A DNA stretch of 64,000 nucleotides from Blepharisma stoltei ATCC 30299 (taxonomy: Eukaryota > Protista > Ciliophora). Below the pieces are notes generated by a model that did no database searches, was not told the DNA's origin, and worked only from the letters and a program-made list of their open reading frames with translations. This document shows, piece after piece, positions 24,111 to 36,500 of this stretch (the stretch's first letter is position 1; every line of letters starts with the position of its first letter). Location: NCBI GenBank assembly GCA_965603825.1, contig CBFDEM010000024.1, positions 248,001 to 312,000 on the forward strand, given 5' to 3'. The translations under genes were made by a program, and so were the position numbers.

Positions 24111-25690
24111 ATGGATAGAATACCAAGACCAGTTCTTTCTGAAATTTTGAGTCAAGTTGGCTCAATTGATCAAATTATTATTCTCTCTATGGTTTGCAAA
24201 AAATGAAACGAAATAATTTCTAACTGAAATCATGAGATATCTTTTCAAAATATCCCTTATGATAAAGCTAAACCTTGGATAATTCGCTCATATATAACAA
24301 AAGCGCTAACAAACAAATTCTTGAAAGCGAAATGAAAATTAGCATCACTTGATCTTAAAAGTGTGAATGTGAATGTAAGAATTCTAGCGAATTTAATTAT
24401 CGCGCAGCCAAATCTAAGAAAATTGGATTTATCTAACTCTGAAACAGATTTTGAAAAGCTTTATCATTTGCTAAGTCTAAAAAAATCTAAATACTTTAAA
24501 TTAAACAAAATTGAAATTTTGCTTCAACTTGAAGAGCTAATTTGTACTAATCTGAAGGCATTTGAGAAATACCTGCTTAATTTTCTAAAAATATTTCCAA
24601 AATTAAAAAAACTAAAAATTGGAAATTGCAGTATACCAATAGATTGATTTATATATATATTACAAAATTTCAAAAATATAGAGTTCCTAGAAGCGTCTTT
24701 AACAAGCCAAATAAATTCATCTAAATTAGAAGATCTAACCAATACTCTCCAAAATTCAAATTTAAAATTTTGACTTGTAAATGCTCCCAGTGAATGAATA
24801 TTTTTGTTTAAAAACATTAAGACCTACATATTCAATTATGATGTTTGATCGAAGGAAGATTTCGATTTGGAAGAAATACAGAAATGATTAAAGCTTGGAG
24901 GAGATGTAAACTCATGCTGCAAATGTATTAGCAATCTGATTGAAAATTATGATGATGATTTCCTTATTCAAGCTTTTACAATATTTATTAAAAGTGGGTT
25001 CGATAAATGATTTCATCAGTGCAGTAAGTATCCTTATATTTACTGTTGTAATTATATTGCTAATGCTGTATTAAAAGGGAAACTAAAATTATTTCGGCAT
25101 CTTATTGATATGGGCTTTCATCTTTTTGATTGCGAAAACTTTAATATTCTGATATCTTGCCCAGAAACTATCAATGAATTAGAAATTAATCAAAAAAGCA
25201 AAATAAAGCTTTCAGGCGAAAAAATTTATAAAGCTGCACAGTTTTTTATGTTAAAGAAGGACGAAAACTATTTAATGCCTCTAATTGATCTCATGACTCC
25301 TATGAAGCTTGGCTGAATAGAAGAAAAAATAATTAAAAAAATAGTCTTCCAAAATGGAATGCATTTGAAATATTTAACTACCGTCAAGAAATCTCTCAGC
25401 TTTTCAATGTTTCAGATATTGAGCCATTACAGCTCATGCACTTAAACTGATACCATTTGAATAATTTAGTCACTTTTATAGGTTTCAGAAAATAGATCCC
25501 TAAGTCACCAATAAAAATGGCTATTGAGAATGGAAGAGCAGATTCTGTTATTGAATTGATTAATTCAGGTGCTGATCTTTTAAGCAAAGATAATAATGGT
25601 CTCTCAGCTTTAGAATATGCTAGTAATTTGAATATGCTTGATATAGTGGCGATATTAAAAGAAGCTGTAGAAAATAGAGAAAATAATTAA
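24111..25690 (+). pseudogene. F-box/LRR/ankyrin copy A3, disrupted
   Basis: Intact to about 25340, then a 1-nt loss in an A run. The first ankyrin repeat(s) are replaced by 71 nt of unrelated DNA (25430-25500). Confidence 0.8.
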
Positions 25691-25806
25691 AATTAAGCTA
25701 GTTAAAATAAATATTCAAGGAATATTTCAAATTCTTTCGACTTCCATAAAACTTTACCCTTTTATAAATTTAAGTTATATTTGCATTTTATGTTAAAATA
25801 TTTATA

Positions 25807-27390
25807 ATGAAAAACATTCCAAGACCAGTGCTTTCTGATATCCTCAGTCAAGTTGGCCCAATTGATCAAGTTATAATTTATCATTCGTTTGCAAATACTG
25901 AAAGGGAATAATTGCTAGCTGAAATCATGAGCTAACTTTCCAAAATATTGCCTACGATAAAGTAAAGTATTGATTGCGTCGATCATATATAAAAAGAGTG
26001 TTAACAAATCAATTTTTAAAGGCAAAATGAAAATTAGCTTCTCTTGATCTTAGGAGTGTAAAAATAGATGAGAGGACTTTAGCTAATTTAATCATAGCTC
26101 AACCAAATCTTAGAAAACTAAATTTGACAAATTCTCATATCAATTTGAAAAAGCTTCTCTGCTTGCTTAAACGCAAAAATCTAAATACTATAAAACCCAT
26201 CAAATAGAAATTTATATCAAGCTTGAAGAACTAATTTGAACAAACTTAGATGGCAGCTATGTAAACCTTTATAAAGTATTAAACTTTTTCCCGGGTCTAA
26301 AGAAATTAAATATTGCGAACTCCAACTTATCATTACCATTTTTCCATTTAATAATTGAAAACTTTAGATATCTAAGGTTTCTAGAAGCTTCACCTGATAA
26401 TCTAACGATCAGGACATCCAGTTTAGAAAAAACCAAAATTTATTTAGAACGCTCTAACTTAAAATTTTGGCTTACAAATTCGCTTGATGGCTGATCTCAC
26501 CCTTTTAAAGGCGATAAAATATTCATCTATAATTACGATGCTTTCTTCTTAGGTGATTTGGAAGAAGTGCAAAATTGATTAAAACTTGGAGGAGACATAA
26601 ATTCATGCTATAAACTCATTTATAAGCTGATAGAAAGATACGATAATGATTTTCTTATTGAAATCTTCCAAATATTTATAAACAATGGACTGGATAAACG
26701 ATACCACAAATGCTGATATGTTTCCAATTATTTTTATTACGCAGCACTAAATAAAAAATCAAAGTTTTTCTGATATCTTATAGATAACAATTTTAATTTA
26801 GCTTGGTGCAAAAAATGTAATATCTTTTTGTGACCAGAAATTATTAGAGAACTTTCTGGTTACCCTGCCAAAAATATGCTAGATCTTTCAGATGAAAAAT
26901 TATATGAAGCTGCCCAATATTTATGATAAATAATGAAGAAAACAATTTATTAACTCTAATTAAGGTTATGAGTTGCATAAGGACTGGCTCAAAGGAGGAA
27001 AATTTAATTCAAAAATTAAAGCAGCATTCCCTAAAGACGAGCCTATTTTTAGTGCCGAATTATTGAACATATATTTTTGAACTTTTCAAAGTATCAGAAA
27101 TTGAGCCACTCATATCTCTCGCAGCTATGCATGAAAATAAAAATTTAATAAAACGGCTAATCCAAGCTGGGTTCAATATTAATGCTAGAGATAGTGCTGG
27201 AAACATTGCACTTTACTATGCTGCTAAGCATGGAAAAATTGATATTGTGGAGTATTTATTAAAAAAAGGTGCAGACATAAATTATGACTTATCAACTCGT
27301 GAGCTTTATGGTTCTCAACTAAAATTAACTATTGATGGAGGAAAAGTGGAGTCTATTTATCATCTAATTAGCTCAATCACTGATTTATAA
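25807..27390 (+). pseudogene. F-box/LRR/ankyrin copy B2 with three single-base deletions (pseudogene or consensus errors)
   Basis: Colinear with B1; 1-nt deletions near 25874, 26178 and 26921, all in homopolymer runs. Confidence 0.7.
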
Positions 27391-27547
27391 ATAAAAAAAC
27401 TCATTCAAAATGCAATCTCAAAAGATTGATTGTTTAAAAATATAATAAAAGTATTTACATAAACTTGTGCTAGCATATTAAATTAGCTAATAAAGCTAAA
27501 AATATAAGAATTTGACAATATTCATAAGACTATTTCATATTATATCA

Positions 27548-28639
27548 TTAATTAAATGAAATATGCTGAGCTGTTTCAGATCTTTCCCTAGATTTATTTA
27601 AAAAATCCATCAGCATATCTTTTCTATGCTGAATGACATCTTCTACAACTGTAGTTTCTTTAGCTCCTCTTTTTGGGAAAACAGATAAAGGACTTACTCT
27701 ATTAAGATGCAAATCTTTTTTCTCATCTCTTCTTGATCTGTCTGTTAGCTGAGTTCTCAAAACTTGCAGATGACCTCTTAAAGGTGATTTTGACCTTGAT
27801 TTTAGCTTTGACGTGCTAGCAATTTGGGTTATTTTTTCTATTTTTTTAATTAACTTTTCGTTTTCCCTTTCAAGTTTGTCCTTTTTTGGCAAAGTTCTAT
27901 TTAACAATTTTGGCACCACAAACTTAGCAGGCGTCATTGGACGAATTAAATCAGGCAGCTTAAGATTTTGATTTAAAATCTGGTGTTCTTTAAAAATCCT
28001 AATCATCCATCCACTATATCCAGTTCTTGGTGACTCACTTAAATGAAGCTTGCTATAAAGATTTAATGCAGTAAACCACGAAGCCTGAGACATGTCTGTA
28101 TAAATTGATTTTACAAGCCTCAAATATTCATTAATAAGCCCACTTTTCGTAACTGTATCTAAGCACTCAAACAAGCCATCATAAAACTCACAAAAAGTTA
28201 TTCCAAGCCTGTCTTGAAAATCAATATTTGTATCATTTAAAGCATAGTCTCTTGCAAATTCACTTTTTGGGGATCCTAAAAATGCTTGATAAAGATTTTC
28301 AAATAATGATAAATAAACTACACGAGATATAGCTCGTAAATTGAGTGGGTTAATAAGCTGCCATAATGTGAAAGTGCTTCAAAGAAGCTGCTCGTTTTGC
28401 TTTATGGCAAATCGCTTACCTAGCTGAGAAAAAGAGTAGGAGTCTGCAGCTTCTACATTAGGCCTGTGAATTGTTAAGAAATTTTCACCATAAAGAAATT
28501 CATGCTCGATTTTTCATTCTGTTGAAGATGAAGGGACTCTTGATGTTCGCCATTTTGATGAGGAGCGAAGAGGCGAATAAGGTCGAGAAATAATCACAAT
28601 TTCTTTTGATAGTGTTGGATCAAGTTCGAATTCCATCAT
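27548..28639 (-). CDS. Hypothetical protein (363 aa) with degenerate EF-hand-like segment and basic coiled-coil tail
   Basis: Track ORF extends upstream through two TGA codons to ATG ATG at 28639; DFQDRLGITFCEFYDGLFE resembles an EF-hand. Confidence 0.75.
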
Positions 28640-28957
28640 TTAGGTAGTCAAATTATACAGATAAAATCACGGTCTTTAAAGCTAAAATTTTGATTTATTC
28701 TAATAATTATTTGGATTTTGACACATAACCATTAATCTTGGTATGCAAGCTGTAATTTAAACTAAATATACCAATTTAATTAATTTCTCAACACTACTAA
28801 AATATAACTAGATAAAAACTTAAGATTCATAGGGAGTTTAATTTTCTTCTTAATTCAAGCTTAGTTAATTCAAAATATTCTTTAAATAATAAATATTTTT
28901 GAATTATTGCTATATGAATAAATTCCAAATAATAGATGATGCTATTAATATTCCAAA

Positions 28958-30964
28958 ATGGGGAATAGTGACAGTAGAGCAACTTTTAGAGACACAATTG
29001 ATGGTTTACTAAAGAACAACATCAGCGAACTAGACGGGAGCTACTGAATTGAAATTTTTAAAGTCCCTGAAAACGTTGAAGATATTTTTTTCGTGTTTAC
29101 CCCAACTCTTATAAAAGAATTACTCAATAAGCAGCCATCAAACCTAGAAAGAATGCTTAGAATCGCTACCAATATAATTCATAGTGTCTCAAAACAAGAA
29201 GCAGAATTCGAAAGAATTGTTACGCTAAATTCATTAAGAATCATTTCAAGAATCCTCCCCATTCTTTTGGAAATTGAAGAAGGCAGAAAAATGTTATGGG
29301 AAAATAGCACAAGCTTTGATATCGTTGATGGATTATTAGGCTTGCTTTTTACTTACAAATTTGGGACTAGTTGTTCTAGTTTTCTAAGCCCTTATGAGTT
29401 TGACATAAATAGATTGTGAAATCCTGGCTTATATGCTCAAGAAACTTCTTATTCAACGATGCAAATAAACGAAAATCGAATAGAGATTTTAAGAGGAATT
29501 TTGGCTTGCTGCTCTCAAACTTTATATAATGATATCAATGAGGCTGGGATTTATGCAAATCCTTGGTCATGGATGATGACTTCTAATGAGATGAGATTTG
29601 GGAAAGACTTTTTTTTTAGCCTAATAAACACAATATTTGCATATCCGGCAGAGAAATTTAATTCTACCATCTCTGATCCATTTGGAATGATTGAAAAAGA
29701 AGCCTCACTGTCTTGCCAAGTTCTTATAGCACTTTTGGACTCAAAAACGCCAAATCAGCAGCAAATACAAGAAAATCCGGAATTAAGAGCAGCCCATGAA
29801 ATCCTGCAAAAATTACATTCTGAGCTTCAAGGACTCTCAGCTGAGCTTTCTCCTTTGAAGCTGGAGAACGCCTTTATGACTTATCTAAAAGAAATCAATG
29901 ATCCATCACATTTTAAATTTCTTGCAAAAAGCTTCAGTGCGCAGCTTAATACAGTTGTTGCTTATAATTCTGCTTATTTATTTAGCTCGATTAATGAAAT
30001 CCCTTTTTATCAAGAATTATTGGTACTGCTCTGGCAATTTATTGATAATAATCCAAATTTCGAAGAATATTTAATAAAAAAGAAATGCATTTTTAAGATT
30101 ATTGACATGCTTATTTTTTCTATATGGAATTTAAAGGAAAATCCAGGGAAGGTAGGAGTTGTGCAGCTTTGCATTTTTATTCTGCTGCACTTGTCAAGCC
30201 ATAGAGAATACTCAATTAAGCTGGCTGAGCCATATGATGGGCACCTCAGCTTAAACATTCAAGGGGCAGAATATTATTATGACTTACTTATTGGAGTTTT
30301 CCATAATATCATTCTGAATCACAGCTATTTAATTGAAGCAGTTTCTACGATAATGATCATTATTCTTAATCATTCAGCATATGTAAAAAATATAAGCAGT
30401 TCATCAGCTATAAAACTTTTTGCTATTTTTGAATATTTCTCATCAAAAAAATTTTTACATAAAGAGCCAGGAAATTATGGATATTTATATCAAATTTTAG
30501 AAGTTTTTAACCATAGGCTTCAATACCAATGAGACGGGAGTTTACATTTGATATATTTAATTATTAGCAAAAGAAATGTTTTTGACAGACTTATCAATAT
30601 GAAATTTGATCATCATATTGAGTGTACATGAGAAGCGAATGAGGACTGGTTTAGAAAATGGAAAAATGATTTACCTGTTGGCCTGATTTTCCCTTTGCTT
30701 CAAGATATGTCACCGAGGATAGAAAAACTTTGTGCTCAAAACAGTCAAATTACAGATGCAGAAATCATTGAGTTTTTAAATGGAAGCACGATGGTTGGAG
30801 TTTTTCCAGTCCCTCATGCATTATTTTTTAGGAAATTTCACGCAACCAAGCAGATTCTAGCATGGCTTACATCTTTGTTATGGGGAATTATTTATATTAG
30901 AGGGCAAGTCCTTCCCATGTTTGATTTCCGCTCAATAAAATTGTTCACAGTTTCTATAAACTAA
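28958..30964 (+). CDS. HID1: HID1/Ecm30 (dymeclin-related) Golgi protein (668 aa)
   Basis: Myristoylation start MGNSDSRATFR; SLRIISRILPILLE; NRIEILRGILACCSQTLY; FILLHLSSHREY; LQYQWDG; VGVFPVPH; C-terminal IKLF. Three ORFs joined by TGA. Confidence 0.85.
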
Positions 30965-31250
30965 ATTATAGCTAAATTAGATTATATGCACTGATTTTAA
31001 TTAAACACGTCTGGTGAATATTTGTGCTATATTATATTAGCCATATTGAGTCTGCACTTTAGTTCTAGCATTCTTTCTCACACATAAAATTGAGAAATTA
31101 TCAAGAAAGCTTATAGATTCCATTTAAGGGCAAAGAATTAGAATTATTTTCTATTAAAAGCCTCATAATGTCAAAATATTACCTGTGAAATCTCTTTTTT
31201 AAGTTCTATGCTGACAGTTTTTTTAGTAACTTTGCTATAATAATTATAAA

Positions 31251-31613
31251 ATGGAAGAGACTAAAGACATGAACAGCATCAAGCAAAATGCTGCTGAGGT
31301 TGAAGAAAATATCAAGGAGCTTCAAGCAAATTTAAGAGATTACAAGCATTTTGTGGAGATTACAAGAGCTGAGCTTGTGTCAATGGAAACAAATATCACC
31401 CTTTTAACCGATGATACTCCAAAATCTATTTTCCCACAAATTGATGAATTATTTACTGATTTAAAGCATGAAATTCAGAATCAGAAAGACCTTAATGATT
31501 ATGTGCAGAAGCAAATTACAGGTCTCAAAAAAGAAAAGTCAGTTTTACTCCAAAATGTAATTGCAAGCAATACAAGATGCCAAATTCTTGATGAAAATGT
31601 GGGATATCGATAA
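31251..31613 (+). CDS. Small coiled-coil protein (120 aa)
   Basis: ATG to TAA ORF with heptad character. Confidence 0.75.
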   Translation: MEETKDMNSIKQNAAEVEENIKELQANLRDYKHFVEITRAELVSMETNITLLTDDTPKSIFPQIDELFTDLKHEIQNQKDLNDYVQKQITGLKKEKSVLLQNVIASNTRCQILDENVGYR

Positions 31614-31856
31614 AAATGAGTGTTTAGAATTAGTTAAGAAAAGTAAATTTATTATTTATTGATTGCGTTTATAAAGAGCAAGAAAGCTATGTAAAATATT
31701 TCATTGATTCTATTTCATGATATCCTATACCAAAATCTATTTAAGAAATAGTGCTAATTATTTAGAATTTAATAACTCATTATCAATCCTTACTATTACA
31801 AGTTATAATAAGTTAGCCATTAAGAATAGTTTATATTAAACTTACCATTTTAAATA

Positions 31857-32375
31857 ATGTCAGACCAACTGATTACATTAGTTACTAAAGAAGGAACTAA
31901 AATCACAACTAGTCATAATTTCAAAAATCTCAGCAACCTTATCCAGAACGTCTTAGAAGACTCAGGCCCAAATGAAGAAATTCCAATTGAATATGTCTCT
32001 GAAGACACTCTTCGAAGAATTTTAGAATTCGCCGAGCATCATCAATTCATCGCTCCCGCTCCTCCAAAAAAACCGATCCCAAGCCGTGATATTTCAAAAG
32101 CAATCGAAGATCAATGAGACGTTTCTTTCATAAAATCATTCGACGACAATAAATTGACAGAACTAATTCTCTCTGTAAATTATCTTGATATGAAGTCATT
32201 ATTGGATATTTGTTGTGCATGCATTGCTGCAAGGTTTAAAGAAAGAAGTGTGGAAGAGCTGAGAGAAGAATATCATGTTCAAGAGGAATTTACTTTAGAA
32301 GTTGAGCAAGCTTTAAAAGCTGAGCACCCATGGGTACTGGAAGCTGATTATAGAAATAATTATGATAAAAGTTAA
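31857..32375 (+). CDS. SKP1: Skp1 family protein (divergent)
   Basis: ITLVTKEG, EEIPI..V...TLRRILEFAEHH, W(TGA)DVSFI, ELILSVNYLDMKSLLDICC, EELRE.Y....EFT.E.E...K.E..W. Confidence 0.9.
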
Positions 32376-32503
32376 TAGACTTGATATAAAAACTTGTTTC
32401 TGAAAGCATCATAATTAATAAAAATTGTTAATGGAGACTTTAAAAGTGAAAAAGTTATAGATACTTCTCTACAAAATTATTATAGAGGGGGCTTATAATC
32501 AGA

Positions 32504-33457
32504 ATGAGAGAAGTAGCTCTTTTAGCATTAATGAGAGGAGTTCCACATACAGCTAAAGTTTTGGGATTAGAGGAAAGGCAAATCCAAGAATGAATGAAAG
32601 AGCTCAAATATGATGACCCATTTTTTGACTCTTTAAGAAGTTTGGTTTGGGAAAATATCAAGCAGCACGGAATTGAAGAAACAGCAAAACAATGAAAAGT
32701 CTCAACCTTTTCCCTCGAGAAGCTTAAAAGCTATTATGAGTCCCACCCTGATCATAAACCAATTATCACTCCAGATTGCACCAAACCTTACCATTTTAAC
32801 GCTGACGGGAGTTTACCAGTAGAAATCCCTGAAAGCCAAATTACCTACAAACCCAGCCAAACTGAAAAAAATCCAGAAGAAAACAAAAATTTCTGATTTG
32901 ACAAAGAAGACATGGAACTTGATGACCCTCCAGAATCCTCAACCTCTCAAAGCAACGCTATTAGCTTTGCTAATAGCAATAGCTATGAATATATTAAAAC
33001 AGAAATAAACAATTATAGCAGTTTGCCAGAGATAAATGACATGTTTGAAGAGTGATATGAAGAAGATGACTATGAAGTATATGTAGAAAAATTTAAAGTT
33101 TTGGAAGAAGAGGAAGAAGGAAAAGTAAAAAAAGGTTCAGCCCCAGAAAACGAAGTTGTAGGAGCATTTGATTTTATTGGAGGAATCGCAACAGTTGCTC
33201 AGCCTGAAAAAGACCATATTGATGCTGCTACAAAATTGATGATTGTTGGGGAAGCTTTGAAAGAAGGAGGTGGAAAATTTGCAGCGACGGCTAATAAGTA
33301 TGGAATTAATAGAAAACAGCTGAGAAAGTGGGTGTTGAAATTCCAAACTAGTGGAAATGTATTCCCAACAACGCTAACTGGAAAGGCACCATCAGAAACT
33401 CTGCAGGCAGTGGCTAAAGAGTTTTTAGACTCAGAAGATGAATTGACTGTTTTATAA
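32504..33457 (+). CDS. Protein with three helix-turn-helix-like motifs (317 aa)
   Basis: Open with TGA=Trp from ATG 32504. VPHTAKVLGLEERQIQEW, IEETAKQWKVSTFSL and FAATANKYGINRKQLRKWV, separated by an acidic linker. Start codon uncertain. Confidence 0.7.
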
Positions 33458-33516
33458 ATTAAGAGTTTTATTTATAAAGACTACTTTCTTCATTGTATAA
33501 ATCCTAAAGTTTGAGG

Positions 33517-34239
33517 TTATAAATCATTATTCCATTCGACTTCTTCGTATTCATAAATTTCGCAATTGTTAAGCCATCTGAAAGTAGACCCATTCTCATT
33601 ATGTTTCATTGTGAAAAATTTGAAAAAATTAGAATGTGAAACTAAGGCCACGTTTCCGTTTAAAGTACTCTTTTTCCAAACTTCTTTGGATTCTTGTGCT
33701 CTCTTATACATGTCTTCCGCAGACTCGATTTTTTCTGGAATCATTGAAACCATTTCTTCTAAGAGCTTTCTAGGAATGTCATCAATTGGGAGTGTTTTAA
33801 GTTTAGCTGTGTGTGCATTTATTACAAGATCAAATAAAAAATAGTGATTTGGCATTAAGCTTCAATCAAAATTTGGAAATTGAGGGTATGGAGATCCTTG
33901 CCAAACGGAAACATCAGGTACGTTTTTTAATTTTTCGGCTAAAAGAGGATGGACGATTATATTAGGATGATCAGGGTGGTTTTCAAATAAAATTTGTGCA
34001 GTGCGGAGAGCTCGGCGGAAAGGAGACACGAATACTGTTTGAACTCGAAGGGCATGAACTCCTGGGATTGCATTAAGAGCTTGATCTTCTCCATATGAGG
34101 AAAGCTCTGCATCCATATACTCAATGTTTCATTTGAGTTCATGCATTTGTGACTTTTTATTTTGGTTTTCATATTCAAGTGCTGCTTGGTTATATGTACT
34201 TTGTGCGTGACGGATACAATATAAATGCTTTCTCTCCAT
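33517..34239 (-). CDS. Histidine phosphatase (phosphoglycerate mutase) superfamily protein
   Basis: MERKHLYCIRHAQSTYN (catalytic RH), VSPFRRALRTA, LVSHSNF; ORFs joined through TGA. Confidence 0.9.
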
Positions 34240-35187
34240 TTAATATGCTCTCTGTAGATTATTATTTGATTAAATCATTATAACATCATATATGTTGAAA
34301 TATCACTCTTGAAGGCTTTTTTGCAATAAAATTGATGAGATCATAAAACTGTTTGAGTTTCACTTGGAAAAATTTATTTATATTTTAATCAAATGCTTTC
34401 AAAATTTATTAGCCACAGTTAGGAATATATTTAGATTTATTCTCCGTCATTATTAAATCTACAATCTCATGTCTGATGAGCATAATATTTTATGAATTTG
34501 TTTTGGCTATGTTCATTTTATTCATGTTACTATAAAGCAATCGTCAATTTAAAGCACTAAAAATTGAACTTGATAATATTTCTCTGCTATATTTTCAAAA
34601 GTTCTAAGTAACCTCAATAATTAGTAAAATTTATTCTATCCTTCACGAACTCAGGCCTTTGAGACAATTAACTAAATTTATAAGAGATAAATGCATAAAA
34701 CTATAGCTTCTTTCGCATTAAAAAAATCTACGACTGACTTCTTCTTAACGAGCGAAATATTTTAACGAATAAACAATTTAAGGCAAACTGAATTTCAAGA
34801 AGCTAATCTGGGCTAAAAGCACACATAGATTTTCTTTGTCCTGTAAGCCAAATTCTTGAAAAAGAAAGACCTTATAATCGCTAATACTGGGAAATGTGAT
34901 AGAGTTAATCCTTTATATAGGTGTCTTACAGCTACTTTAAAATATGAGAAAGTCCAAAATTAGAAAAATAAAAATATGCGAAAACTCTCTATGATTCAGG
35001 AAGGGCATATCAATAGTTTGTTTCTCTAAGTGAGATCTTGATTGCTCATTATAAACACATAAATAAGCCAATTATAATTGCAGCTTACATAATTTTGTTT
35101 GAAATGCTAAGTGAAATAAAACAAAAGATTTCCATTTTATTAATAAAAATAGTTTTTTCTCCTATAATTAATAAAGTGCGCAAATTA

Positions 35188-36298
35188 ATGCAAAGCTCAT
35201 GCATCCCAGAATTCTTAATGCAAAGGGAAATTGAAGGCTACTCTCATATTCCATCATTTTCTAGGATTGGGAAACGGTCCTGAACCATGGCTGTAAAGAT
35301 TAATTTAGGATACAATATCAAATCATGACCAACACGAATTCAAGCCAAATTCATCAATAGTTCTTACCATTAGCAAAGCTAATCACCTGATTATCATCGA
35401 TAAGTATGGTCGATGCAATTATCGCTCAATTTTTCCATTTACTAATCCGTTACAAATAACTAAATCTTGAGAATTATGCGTTAAAGCGCTTTTTTGGGAG
35501 AATGACCTTATCATTCTTTTAAAGCAAAAAAACTCAGAAATAATAAAATTCTACAAGATTAGATTAAGCTGCTTGGAAGAAAATGCAATATTTCGAAAGG
35601 AAATATTATTTGACAAGAAACTGTTATTTAGCCAAATAGATAAAATAGATTATAAAAGAGGAGTCTTTACCTATAATACTATTGCAGAATTTCAAGTATG
35701 AGATATAGTTGGAGGAGCTATAATGGTAACTTTTGCAAAATCTCAAGAATGGCAGCTGAAATATTCAAATTGCTACATTTTAAGGTACAAAAATATTATT
35801 GAAGGGGTTCTAATGGAATTGCATAAGATTGATAAAAATTTCAAAAGAAAATTGCAGATTATGGGCTTGAAGACACCATTTGATGTTGAAGTAATAAATG
35901 AGTCAATTATTTGCTTTGTAGGTGCCCTAATTTTTGCAGTGAATTTTATAACCTCAGATATGAAAATTATCAATGAAGGAGCAATAAATAAATGCTATGA
36001 ACTAGAAGGCGACAATATGATAGTCAATTTTTGAAATGGAAAGATCCTACTTTTGCCAAATTTTGAAAAACTAATTGAACTTAATGTCTTTCATTTATTG
36101 GTCTGCGATAATGAGCATCTTGCAGTTGTTTTTGATAAAACAGCAAGCATTGTTTATATAATAAATAAAAGTGACTGTATGTTGATAAACACAGTCAGCA
36201 TTCCAAGAGAATTAAATTTAAGCACTATTGGAATAAATGAAGATACGTACCAAATATTTTTGGGCACGAAGAGAGGTCAGATATGCATTTTGAATTAG
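35188..36298 (+). CDS. Probable beta-propeller (WD40-like) protein, one 16-nt intron (364 aa)
   Basis: ATG 35188 and intron 35293-35308 join all segments in frame via TGA codons to TAG. Beta-rich repeats (FQVWDI, IFLGTKRGQICIL). Confidence 0.65.
35293..35308 (+). other. 16-nt spliceosomal intron
   Basis: GTAAAGATTAATTTAG; A at -6; removal shifts into the long downstream frame. Confidence 0.8.
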
Positions 36299-36500
36299 TT
36301 TTCTTAAAGAAAATTATCTTAATTTAAGAAAATAGTTCATTAAATTATAAATGACACTAAAAATAAAGGGTGTATTGTTTCGATTTTATTTAGTTTAATT
36401 TGTATACACAATTATTAAATTTATTAAAATTTTATTGAAGGAAATTCATTATGTTTATTTAAAATTTAGTCTTTATCATTTATTTTACGACAAAATTACT

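Larger units (their letters stand above)
18095..27567. repeat. Nested tandem duplications forming the array A1-A2-B1-A3-B2
   Basis: 18095-20153 is repeated at 20152-22201 (ATG offset 2044). The A-B unit is repeated at about 23993-27567. Flanking non-coding DNA is duplicated as well. Confidence 0.92.

Noticed and set aside
32431-32460. Upstream ATG with possible 15-nt intron GTGAAAAAGTTATAG for the HTH gene
   Set aside because: Splicing it does not reach the HTH frame and it lacks the A at -6; ATG 32504 was used instead.
35038-35187. Track N-terminal extensions (also 4757-4798, 36435-36500, 45186-45206, 46238-46297)
   Set aside because: AT-rich leader-like sequence, mostly with non-ATG starts; downstream ATGs give better N-termini.
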